33,806 bases of DNA from Holosporales bacterium (GTDB taxonomy: Bacteria > Pseudomonadota > Alphaproteobacteria > Paracaedibacterales > UBA11393): the NCBI GenBank assembly GCA_003542655.1, contig DPKF01000031.1:1-33806 (forward strand), in the 5' to 3' direction. The translations under genes and the position numbers were made by a program. The notes under the pieces are model-generated. The model searched no databases. It was not told where the DNA came from and saw nothing but the letters and a program-made list of their open reading frames with translations. Positions 8,880-17,743 of the stretch are shown piece after piece. Every line of letters starts with the position of its first letter. Position 1 is the stretch's first letter.

Positions 8880-11012
8880 ATGTCTGACAGCATTAATCTT
8901 TCAAGCGCAAAAAAAACATCTAATGGGTTTGATTTAGCCGCCCTTAGCCAACGTACCGATTTAATGTTTGCCTTAGCATTTATGGCCGTGATTGCTGTCC
9001 TTATTATGCCATTGCCAAAATTCATGTTAGACAGCTGCCTTGCTATTTCCATTGCATTCTCATTCATGATTTTAATGACTGCCCTTTTTATTGAAAAACC
9101 ATTAGAATTTTCATCTTTTCCAACAATTCTTCTGGTTTCTACCATGTTGCGCTTATCGTTAAACGTCGCCTCAACGCGTCTTATCTTAAGCCACGGACAC
9201 GAAGGAACGAATGCAGCCGGTCGTGTGATTGAAGCCTTTGGACACTTTGTGATGGGTGGTAATTTTGTCATTGGTATCATTGTCTTTATCATCTTACTGA
9301 TTGTGAACTTTATCGTCATCACAAAAGGATCGTCACGTATTGCTGAAGTATCAGCCCGTTTTAGCCTAGATGCCATGCCTGGAAAACAAATGGCTGTAGA
9401 TGCTGATTTATCATCAGGCCTTATAGATGAAGATGAAGCAAAACGTCGCCGAAAAGAACTAGAAGGAGAAAGCAACTTTTTTGGTTCTATGGATGGTGCA
9501 GCAAAATTTGTAAGGGGAGACGCCATTGCAGGGCTTCTCATCACCCTCATCAATATTATTGGCGGCATTATTATTGGTGTCGTCCAACAAGGAGTCAGTT
9601 TAGCTGACGCTGCCCATTCATATATAATCTTAAGTGTTGGTGACGGTCTTGTGACTCAAATACCAGCCATTATTGTATCAACCTCAGCTGGTATGATGGT
9701 TTCTAAAGCTGGTGTTGAAGGAACCGCTGATAAAGCTATGTTTCAACAGTTATCCGCTAATCCCTCTGCCCTTGGGATGAGCTCTTTTTTAATGGGGTGC
9801 ATCGCCCTGCTTCCTGGCATGCCTATTCTCCCCTTTTTAACGCTCAGTGGTTTAACTGGGTTTGCTGCTTGGTTTATTAACGAAAAACAAAAAGGCAACC
9901 AAGAAACCATCCGCAAAAAAGAAAAAGAGCACAAAGCCAAAGAAACGGAAAAAACTTTAGAAACGCAAGCACAGGATGACGCCCTAAACCCTGTGGATTC
10001 TATTCGTATTGAAATGGGCTTTGGCTTACTGTCCTTATTAAATGGTGATTCAAAAAGAAAAGCACTATCTGAACAAATAAAGATACTTCGCAAACAAATG
10101 CTTGGCGATATCGGCATTATTTTACCGTCTGTTCGCATTCAAGATAATTTACAATTAGACCAAGAAGCCTATTCAATTAAAATTAAAGAAATTGAAGCCG
10201 GTTCAGGAACATTACGACCTAATCATTATCTTGTGATGGATCCTGAAGCAAATGATATTAGTATCCCCGGTGAGAAAACAACAGAACCGAGTTTTGGTTT
10301 ACCTGCCCTTTGGGTAGCTGCAGAATATAAAGATCAAGCAGAAGAAAAAAAATATACAGTGGTTGACCCTGCCATGGTTTTAGCAACACATTTATCTGAA
10401 ATTGTTAAAGATAATATTGGCGAACTTTTATCCTATGGAGATGTCCAAAAAGTATTGGACCAAGTTCCTGAATCCTATAAAAAATTATTATCTGATATCG
10501 TTCCTGTCAATATTACCGTTGGCGGCATTCAACGCGTCCTGCAATCCCTTGTAAGCGAACGTGTTTCAATTCGCGATATTGGCACCATTTTAGAAGGCAT
10601 CGCAGAAGCAACGGGTTTTTCTAAAAACACAGACGGCATTGCAGAACATGTTCGCCACAAACTATCGCGCCAAATTAGCTTTAGTAATTTGGATGATAAT
10701 GGCGTCTTACCAATATTAACGCTTGCACAAGAATGGGAAGAAGCGTTTCATCGTTCTTTAGCAGGTGACAACGAAAACAGATATCTTGCCATGGCACCAA
10801 CTGAATCACATCTATTTATGAGAAGAATTGCGGATGAATATGACCGCCTCACCATGATTGGTGAAATGCCTATTCTTATTACAAGCAGCCCCATACGTAT
10901 TTATGTAAGATCTCTGACAGAACGTGTCCGCCCAGCAATACAAGTGATGAGCCAAAACGAACTGCACCCAAAATGTAAAATTCGGAATTTAGGTCAAATC
11001 AGTATGGGTTAG
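8880..11012 (+). CDS. flhA: Flagellar export apparatus protein FlhA
   Basis: FHIPEP signature FPTILLVSTMLRLSLNVASTRLIL, then RIAEVSARFSLDAMPGKQMAVDADL. 710 aa with an N-terminal TM domain and a large cytoplasmic C-domain. Confidence 0.95.
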   Translation: MSDSINLSSAKKTSNGFDLAALSQRTDLMFALAFMAVIAVLIMPLPKFMLDSCLAISIAFSFMILMTALFIEKPLEFSSFPTILLVSTMLRLSLNVASTRLILSHGHEGTNAAGRVIEAFGHFVMGGNFVIGIIVFIILLIVNFIVITKGSSRIAEVSARFSLDAMPGKQMAVDADLSSGLIDEDEAKRRRKELEGESNFFGSMDGAAKFVRGDAIAGLLITLINIIGGIIIGVVQQGVSLADAAHSYIILSVGDGLVTQIPAIIVSTSAGMMVSKAGVEGTADKAMFQQLSANPSALGMSSFLMGCIALLPGMPILPFLTLSGLTGFAAWFINEKQKGNQETIRKKEKEHKAKETEKTLETQAQDDALNPVDSIRIEMGFGLLSLLNGDSKRKALSEQIKILRKQMLGDIGIILPSVRIQDNLQLDQEAYSIKIKEIEAGSGTLRPNHYLVMDPEANDISIPGEKTTEPSFGLPALWVAAEYKDQAEEKKYTVVDPAMVLATHLSEIVKDNIGELLSYGDVQKVLDQVPESYKKLLSDIVPVNITVGGIQRVLQSLVSERVSIRDIGTILEGIAEATGFSKNTDGIAEHVRHKLSRQISFSNLDDNGVLPILTLAQEWEEAFHRSLAGDNENRYLAMAPTESHLFMRRIADEYDRLTMIGEMPILITSSPIRIYVRSLTERVRPAIQVMSQNELHPKCKIRNLGQISMG

Positions 11013-11111
11013 TTTGAACCTAATATAAAACTAGAATAAGCCATATTCAAAGTAGCAAATTTATTCTTTATATTTTAAGATAAGTCATAAAAGCTAAACT
11101 AAATAGCACCA

Positions 11112-12266
11112 TTGAAACAAACACCTAAAAAAATATATATCATTGCAGGCGAAGCATCTGGCGATCAAATTGGCGCGCACTTGATGACAGCCCTTAAAGA
11201 GCGCCATGCATCTTATATATTTTATGGTATTGGTGGCAATCAAATGAAAGATGCAGAGCTGAAACCCCTATTTCCCATAGATGAACTTTCCATCATGGGG
11301 CTGGCTGAAATAATACCCCACATACGGCGCATTTTTAAACGCATCAGACAAACTGTCAGTCATATTATAGAGGTCCAACCTGACGTCCTTATTACAATAG
11401 ATTCTTCCGGCTTTACACACCGCGTTATTAAACGTGTAAAAAAACAAGTAAAGAAACGTAAATTACCTTACATACCAGCCGTTCATTATGCAGCTCCACC
11501 TGTTTGGGCCTGGCGCCCATGGCGGGCAAAAAGTGTTGCCAAATTTTTAGACCATCTTTTATGTCTTTACCCATTTGAGCCCCCTTACTTTACCAAACAT
11601 GGTTTAAAAGCAACGTTTGTAGGGCACCCCATAACAGAAAAAAATATTACCTGTCATCAAAACAACGATGTAAAAGAAAAAAATATTCTTCTTTTACCGG
11701 GCAGCAGAACATCAGAAATTGAATTGTTACTCCCTATATTTTTAGACGTTGCGCAAAAAATATATAATGATCAAAAATGTCAGTTTTTACTGCCTACCCT
11801 ACCCCACCTACAAAAGAAAATTGAATCCATCATTCCACACTCCCTCCCCGTTCAGGTCACATCAAATGTGGTTAAAAAAGAAGCATTCTTTCAAATTGCC
11901 AACAGTGCAATTGCGGCTAGTGGAACAGTTTCTTTAGAGCTTGCACAATATAATATTCCACATGTCATCGCCTATAAGGCATCTGCTATAACGGCATTCT
12001 TATTAAAAAGATTAATAAAAATTCCTTTTGTAGCCTTACCAAATATTCTTGCAAATAGATATATTGTGCCCGAGCTTTTACAAGAAAACTGTGACAGCCA
12101 AAATATCTATAACGCATTTCAGACCATTAAGAAAGAAAATCAAAGAAAAGCTTTGAAGAACGTGTTTAAAAAATTGTATTGTAAGCAAAAAGGCTTAACG
12201 CCCAGCCAGCATGCTGCACAAATTATAGAAGAGCTTATCGATGAACACTACTGCGAAAAAACCTGA
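11112..12266 (+). CDS. lpxB: Lipid-A-disaccharide synthase LpxB
   Basis: N-terminal KIYIIAGEASGDQIGAHLM motif and 384-aa length. Apparent TTG start at 11112, because no in-frame ATG precedes the conserved N-terminus. Confidence 0.9.
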   Translation: MKQTPKKIYIIAGEASGDQIGAHLMTALKERHASYIFYGIGGNQMKDAELKPLFPIDELSIMGLAEIIPHIRRIFKRIRQTVSHIIEVQPDVLITIDSSGFTHRVIKRVKKQVKKRKLPYIPAVHYAAPPVWAWRPWRAKSVAKFLDHLLCLYPFEPPYFTKHGLKATFVGHPITEKNITCHQNNDVKEKNILLLPGSRTSEIELLLPIFLDVAQKIYNDQKCQFLLPTLPHLQKKIESIIPHSLPVQVTSNVVKKEAFFQIANSAIAASGTVSLELAQYNIPHVIAYKASAITAFLLKRLIKIPFVALPNILANRYIVPELLQENCDSQNIYNAFQTIKKENQRKALKNVFKKLYCKQKGLTPSQHAAQIIEELIDEHYCEKT

Positions 12267-12714
12267 CAATTATCAAGCACTTGATATAAAAATAAAAAAA
12301 ATACACACAAATGCTGAACTTCCAGCCTATGGATCAATTGAAAGTGCGGGTGCCGATTTGTATGCCTGTATTGAAGAAGACATTGTCTTAAAACCAGGAA
12401 AACGGGTTGTCGTACCCCATGGTTTTTCAATGGAACTGCCGCTGGGATTTGAAGCACAAATAAGATCTCGCTCAGGGCTTGCCTTTAAAAATGGCATTAT
12501 CGTTTTAAATTCGCCAGGAACAGTAGACTCCGACTTTAGAGGAGAGCTCAAAACCCTTCTTATCCATTTAGGTGAAGAAGATTTTGTCATTAAAAATGGT
12601 ATGCGTATTTCACAAATGGTGATAAGCCGTCACGCAACAGCGAATTGGGTAGAAACGTCAGTTTTATGTGATACAAACCGTGGGTCTGGTGGCTATGGAT
12701 CTACAGGTATTTAA
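12241..12714 (+). CDS. dut: dUTP diphosphatase
   Basis: Motifs AGADLYA, GTVDSDFRGELK and the C-terminal RGSGGYGSTG. The ATG overlaps the lpxB 3' end by 26 nt. Confidence 0.92.
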   Translation: MNTTAKKPDNYQALDIKIKKIHTNAELPAYGSIESAGADLYACIEEDIVLKPGKRVVVPHGFSMELPLGFEAQIRSRSGLAFKNGIIVLNSPGTVDSDFRGELKTLLIHLGEEDFVIKNGMRISQMVISRHATANWVETSVLCDTNRGSGGYGSTGI

Positions 12715-12827
12715 TTATTTACTTTAAACGACTTTAACTATTACTTTATTTTATGATATAATTAAATCAAGCAAAGGAATTGCTATTGCTTCTTGGTATG
12801 AACACTTTTGAAATTAATTTTTAAACT

Positions 12828-13313
12828 ATGATCCGATTTTTCTTTCTGTTATTCAGTCTACTGAATTGTGTTGAGGTCTATGCAAAAACAGGGCTTCCTT
12901 GTCCGCGCTTTGCCTCTTTTCGCGCTAACAAAGCCAATGTGCATGTTGGACCGGGGAAACAATATCCTGTTGAATGGGTATATGTAAGACAATTTTTACC
13001 TGTAGAAATTATTGCAGAGTTTGATCACTGGCGCCAAATTCGTGACATTGATGGATCTGTTTCTTGGGCACACGTCAGCTTACTATCCGGCAAACGTTAC
13101 GGCATATTGACAGGTAAAACGCAAAGCATAAAAAACAAACCATCTGATTCGTCAGATACACTTGCACGTATAGAGCCAGGTGTCATTGTCTCTTTAAAAA
13201 AAACACAGGGTGAATGGCTTCAAATAGAATCTCGTTCAGAGCAAGGAAAATTCCAGGGCTGGGTTCGCGGAAAATTCGTTTGGGGATTTTATCCAAATGA
13301 AAAAAGCTTTTAA
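12828..13313 (+). CDS. SH3-like domain protein (DUF1058 family)
   Basis: Signal peptide, then LPCPRFASFRANKANVHVGPGKQYPVEWVYVRQFLPVEIIAEFDHWRQIRDIDGSVSWAH. This matches the alphaproteobacterial DUF1058 pattern. Confidence 0.7.
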   Translation: MIRFFFLLFSLLNCVEVYAKTGLPCPRFASFRANKANVHVGPGKQYPVEWVYVRQFLPVEIIAEFDHWRQIRDIDGSVSWAHVSLLSGKRYGILTGKTQSIKNKPSDSSDTLARIEPGVIVSLKKTQGEWLQIESRSEQGKFQGWVRGKFVWGFYPNEKSF

Positions 13314-13579
13314 TCCCTAAACAGTCATTTTCAATTTTCCGAATTCACAACATCTTTTTTCAACCCGATTAACAACATGTTTTTTCAATTGACTCTGATT
13401 ATAAAATCAGTACTGAAATCAGGAATTTAACCAAAAAACATCAAAACTGTTGTATATTTTCAACACTTAATCTATTTGTCATATTTATTTTAAAAAACAC
13501 ACAACTATATCAATGCAAAACAGTTGAAAGTATAATATACTGTAACAAGTAGGTTTTTTTATAAAATGGAATAATTATT

Positions 13580-14032
13580 ATGAAGACAAAAATTTTAACA
13601 GCAGCAGCTGCAGCCCTTGTGTTGGCATCTTGCGAAAATGGTCATGACGTAGACGTAAGTTCATCTTACGCACCAGGAACACCATGTGATTTCAAAAAAG
13701 TGGGTGATCGCGTTCACTTTGGTTTTGACAAATCATGTCTTGATCCTGAAGCTAAGAAAACTGTTGAAGCACAAGCTGAATGGCTAAAGACATATTCAAA
13801 TGCAAAAGCGACCGTTACTGGAAAATGTGACGAACGTGGAACACGTGAATATAACATAGCACTAGGACAACGTCGTGCGAAAAATGCTGCAACAGCACTT
13901 AAAGCAAATGGCGTTGAAGAAGGACGCGTCACAACAATGTCTTATGGAAAAGATCGTCCAGAAGTGCCAAATGCAAAATCAGATGCAGAACATGCACAAA
14001 ACCGTGTAGCAATTACAGAAATTAATGGCTAA
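13580..14032 (+). CDS. pal: Peptidoglycan-associated lipoprotein Pal (OmpA-like domain)
   Basis: Lipobox LASC. OmpA-like motif GKCDERGTREYNIALGQRRAKNAATAL. Confidence 0.9.
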   Translation: MKTKILTAAAAALVLASCENGHDVDVSSSYAPGTPCDFKKVGDRVHFGFDKSCLDPEAKKTVEAQAEWLKTYSNAKATVTGKCDERGTREYNIALGQRRAKNAATALKANGVEEGRVTTMSYGKDRPEVPNAKSDAEHAQNRVAITEING

Positions 14033-14050
14033 TTCACGTTAAAATAAATT

Positions 14051-14078
14051 AAAAGCCATCTTCTGGATGGCTTTTTTT
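14051..14078 (+). terminator. Rho-independent terminator after pal
   Basis: Hairpin AGCCATC (14054-14060), loop TTCTG, GATGGCT (14066-14072), extendable by A:T pairs. A run of 7 T follows. Confidence 0.7.
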
Positions 14079-14098
14079 ATATGTAAAAACAGGTATCT

Positions 14099-14863
14099 AT
14101 GTCTGAACAAATTATCACAGCAGCAATTCTTATTATTGGGGATGAAATTTTATCTGGCAGAACACAAGATACAAACACAGCCTATATTACAAATACCTTA
14201 GCAGAAAAAGGTATTGATATTTTAGAAGTGCGCATTATCAAAGATGATGAGGCAGCCATTATTTTTGCCGTTAATGAACTGAGATCAAAATACACCTATC
14301 TATTTACAACTGGGGGCATTGGGGGCACTCACGATGATATCACCACCCCCTCCATTGCAAAAGCACTCAACCTTCCCCTTGTTGAAAACACAAAAGCACG
14401 TAAAATTATTGAAGATCGTTATGGAATGCCGTTAAATGCGCACTTTATTTCAATGACGTTAATGCCAAAGGGTGCACATTTAATTGCAAATTCATTAAGC
14501 AAAGTCCCCAGCTTTTATATAGACAACGTATATGTTCTGGCAGGCATGCCATCTGTCATGAAAGTCATGCTGGATGATATAATCCCAAAACTACAATCAG
14601 GGGAAAAGATATATTCAAACACACTTACCTCCGGTGCACTAGAGGGGATGATCAGCGAAGACCTTTCAACAATACAATCTGCCTTTACAAATGTATCTAT
14701 TGGTAGTTATCCTTTTTATGATGATACAAAAAAAGGCACAACACTTGTCTTAAGATCGCGTGATACAAAGGCATTAAAACAAGCCACAAAAGAAATATTA
14801 ACAATGTTATATAGATATAATTGCGAACCAACAATGAACTTTGACATACAAATAGAAAGCTGA
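14099..14863 (+). CDS. CinA-like molybdopterin-binding (MoCF_BD) domain protein
   Basis: N-terminal IIGDEILSGRTQDTNTAYI and FTTGGIGGTHDDIT motifs typical of the CinA/MoaB-type domain. Confidence 0.75.
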   Translation: MSEQIITAAILIIGDEILSGRTQDTNTAYITNTLAEKGIDILEVRIIKDDEAAIIFAVNELRSKYTYLFTTGGIGGTHDDITTPSIAKALNLPLVENTKARKIIEDRYGMPLNAHFISMTLMPKGAHLIANSLSKVPSFYIDNVYVLAGMPSVMKVMLDDIIPKLQSGEKIYSNTLTSGALEGMISEDLSTIQSAFTNVSIGSYPFYDDTKKGTTLVLRSRDTKALKQATKEILTMLYRYNCEPTMNFDIQIES

Positions 14864-14871
14864 AACTTATT

Positions 14872-15240
14872 TTGACATACGATGAAAACAATATTTTTGC
14901 AAAAATATTAAGGGGCGACATCCCTAATAAAACAGTCTATGAAGATGCGCATGTGTTAAGCTTTCATGATATTGCACCCATCGCCCCCATCCATGTTTTA
15001 GTTATTCCAAAAGCACCCTATATTGATTTTAGCGATTTTCATCAAAATGCAGATAAGCAGACAATTATTCAATTCTATCAAGGCGTTGAACAAACAATAC
15101 AAAAGCTAAAGCTGCTAAATGGCTATAGAATCGTATCAAATAAAGGCCAAGATGGCGGTCAAGAAGTTCCCCATTTTCATATACACATATTATCAGGCAC
15201 AAAACTATCGACAGAAAATATGTTTAAAAAATTTCATTAA
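14872..15240 (+). CDS. HIT-family (histidine triad) protein
   Basis: IFAKILRGDIP N-terminus and the histidine triad HFHIHILSG. Apparent TTG start. Confidence 0.85.
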   Translation: MTYDENNIFAKILRGDIPNKTVYEDAHVLSFHDIAPIAPIHVLVIPKAPYIDFSDFHQNADKQTIIQFYQGVEQTIQKLKLLNGYRIVSNKGQDGGQEVPHFHIHILSGTKLSTENMFKKFH

Positions 15241-15366
15241 ACAAGCACATTTTGTAAAAACTTTTTTTTTATGTATACTGTAGTGGTGGTGGACATACCA
15301 TTTAATTTACTAAAAAAATACATAAATTTTCAGTAATGAAAAATACAAAGGATTGTTGTTTATATT

Positions 15367-16749
15367 ATGAAAAAATGCGCTCTTATTTTAGCCCTATCTT
15401 TAACAACAAGTGTGCACCCTATTTATGCAAAATTAACACTAAAGAAAGCGCTTGAGTCTGCTTATTTTACCCCACAAATTGAAGCAAAACGTGAAGAAAC
15501 AAGAGCAAAACATGAACTACACGTTCAAGCTAAATCTGGTTTTTTACCTAAAATTACGGCTGGCGTAAGCCACCAAAAACAACAGAGCGTGCAATCAGAT
15601 GATTCAGAAGGACGAGATACCCGCGCAAAAACAATGCAGTTTACAGACCAAGGATACGTAGCGCTAAAACAAAACATTTTTAAAGGGGGCAGTACTCTTG
15701 CTGCAATGGACAAGGCTAATGCTGACGTATACAGAGCTTGGGCAGAGCTAGAAGCAGAAGAACAGAAAGTATTATCAGAAGGGGCTGCCGCTTACTTAGA
15801 ATTAGTCGCTAGCAAAAAAAATATTGAAGTTAGCGAACAAAATGTTAAATTCTTAAAACAAGCTTTTTTTGCAGCGGACAAAAAATATCAAGTCGGTGAA
15901 GAAACCATCACAAACGTAAGTGCTGCAAAGGCGGAGCTTATTGCTGGTGAAGCAGAACTAATTTCAGCAAAAGCAGAGTATGATAACGCAAAGGCAAATT
16001 TTCTATTTAAAACAGGATTAAAACCAGAAGAGAATATTGAAGAACCTGCTGTTCCAACTTTCATGCCAAAAACTTTAGATCTTGCTATAGGTCTTAGTGA
16101 TGACCATAATCCAAACATTAAAAGCACGCAATTCGCTATTGATTCTGCTGATGCAGAAGCAGACAGCGTGACAGGTGCACTACTTCCAAGTATAGATTTC
16201 AGTGTTGAAGCAGCCCGCCAAAGAACGCGGAACAAGAAACCTCAGCTTAATCAGGCTGGGAATTTAGCGGCTGGCAACACATTTGCAACACCTGTCACAG
16301 TGAAAACAGAAATGAGCATACCTTTGTATGAAGGTGGGGAAATTAGGTCAAAACGACGCCAAAGCTTAAAAACAATCACAGCACAAAAGGTACACTTACA
16401 AAAAGTTCGCAATGAAGTGCGCCAAGCGATTGAGAGATTATGGAATAAGCATGCAGCATTACAAAACACATTTAGCGCCTATCAACAAGTTGTTAAAGCA
16501 TCTAACCAAGCACTAAATAGTTTAGTAGAAGAACAAAAAGCGGGTTCTAAAACATTACTGGAGGTTTTAAAACAACAAAAAGAACACTTTCAACGGCAAA
16601 AGAAGTTAGTAGATACCGAAAAAGATTACCTAAAAAATGCTTATGAGTTTACAGCTGTTATGGGAATTTTAACACCACAACGTTTAAAACTTGATGTGAA
16701 AGTGGTAGACTTAAAGGAAGATTACAGCAACACAAAGGTTCAGTTTTAA
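15367..16749 (+). CDS. tolC: TolC-family outer membrane efflux protein
   Basis: Signal peptide, 460 aa. Two-repeat coiled architecture starting LKKALESAYFTPQIEAKREE...LPKITAGVS, typical of OEP/TolC proteins. Confidence 0.85.
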   Translation: MKKCALILALSLTTSVHPIYAKLTLKKALESAYFTPQIEAKREETRAKHELHVQAKSGFLPKITAGVSHQKQQSVQSDDSEGRDTRAKTMQFTDQGYVALKQNIFKGGSTLAAMDKANADVYRAWAELEAEEQKVLSEGAAAYLELVASKKNIEVSEQNVKFLKQAFFAADKKYQVGEETITNVSAAKAELIAGEAELISAKAEYDNAKANFLFKTGLKPEENIEEPAVPTFMPKTLDLAIGLSDDHNPNIKSTQFAIDSADAEADSVTGALLPSIDFSVEAARQRTRNKKPQLNQAGNLAAGNTFATPVTVKTEMSIPLYEGGEIRSKRRQSLKTITAQKVHLQKVRNEVRQAIERLWNKHAALQNTFSAYQQVVKASNQALNSLVEEQKAGSKTLLEVLKQQKEHFQRQKKLVDTEKDYLKNAYEFTAVMGILTPQRLKLDVKVVDLKEDYSNTKVQF

Positions 16750-16752
16750 ATT

Positions 16753-17664
16753 ATGAGTAAAGAAAAGCATAATGACGACCAAGAAATGAGCATGGAAGAG
16801 ATATTAGCCTCTATTCGCCGATATGTTGCTGACGATACACCAGAAACGAATAACCAGGAAGGTGGCATTGATTACAGCACTGGGAAAACGGCAGAGGTCA
16901 TCCGTTTAACCGAAGTACTTGATGCAAGTGATGCAACGCTTGAAACCGAACAACAAACCAAAAAAACCGATTTCAATGCAGCGTCTTTAGAACCAAGAGA
17001 AGAAGAAACTGAAAGAAAAATTAGCGCGCCACCACCACAAAGAAGCGAACCAACTTACGCACATAATCCAAAAATTAAACCTTTTATTGCACCAGCAGAA
17101 CAACGCCCCGTTCAAGCAACTCAATATCCTGCAACACAAAATCAACCGATGCAGCAGCAACATGCGGCACCTCAACCAATGCAACAGCAATATAGCACGC
17201 AACAATATGATCCTCTACAAACATATGGAGAACAAGTGGCGCCGCAACGAACCTATCAAACACAACAAATGCAGCCACAACCCTACTATAGGCAACCACA
17301 GCAAAATAACAACCATCATTATGGGCAGCAGAACTCTATGGATTATTCTCGGCAGGAACAACACCATCCCCACTATCAGCCAACACAACAAAAACCAAGC
17401 ATTGTTTCAGAACCAACAATGAGTTCTACTGAGAGTGCCTTCCATAAACTCACGCAGGCCTTTCAATTTGCACATAACGAAAAAAAACAAGCAGAGGAAC
17501 AATCTGCTGTGTATGGCACATCTGCTATAGAATCCTTCGTCATAGAAATGGCGCGTCCAATGATCAGAGAATGGATCGATAAACATCTTCCAAAGCTTGT
17601 AGACAAACTTGTAACGCAAGAAATCGAAAAACTGACAGAAGATCTTAGAAAAAAACTACTTTAA
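16753..17664 (+). CDS. popZ: PopZ-like pole-organizing protein (DUF2497) with an expanded Q/P-rich linker
   Basis: The N-terminal MSMEEILASIRRYVADD resembles Caulobacter PopZ TMEEILASIRRIISED. The C-terminal IESFVIEMARPMIREWIDKHLPKLVDKLVTQEIEKL resembles LEDVVRELLRPLLKEWLDQNLPRIVE. The middle roughly 200 aa is low-complexity Q/P-rich. Confidence 0.75.
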   Translation: MSKEKHNDDQEMSMEEILASIRRYVADDTPETNNQEGGIDYSTGKTAEVIRLTEVLDASDATLETEQQTKKTDFNAASLEPREEETERKISAPPPQRSEPTYAHNPKIKPFIAPAEQRPVQATQYPATQNQPMQQQHAAPQPMQQQYSTQQYDPLQTYGEQVAPQRTYQTQQMQPQPYYRQPQQNNNHHYGQQNSMDYSRQEQHHPHYQPTQQKPSIVSEPTMSSTESAFHKLTQAFQFAHNEKKQAEEQSAVYGTSAIESFVIEMARPMIREWIDKHLPKLVDKLVTQEIEKLTEDLRKKLL

Positions 17665-17743
17665 TCGTTACTTTCCTTGTAACATGTAGTAATTCCCGAT
17701 ATCTTATTTTTAAGCAACAATTTAATAGACAGAGTATGTAAGT

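Noticed and set aside
8822-9568. 248-aa ORF on the minus strand
   Set aside because: It lies entirely antisense to the strongly supported flhA gene. Its product is a low-complexity Ser/Arg/Ile-rich sequence with no recognisable motif, typical of a shadow ORF.
16987-17422. Three overlapping ORFs (16987-17205 minus, 17084-17299 minus, 17087-17422 plus) inside popZ
   Set aside because: They arise from the repetitive CAA/CAG/CCA-rich DNA that encodes the Q/P linker. Only the popZ frame connects the conserved N- and C-terminal PopZ regions.
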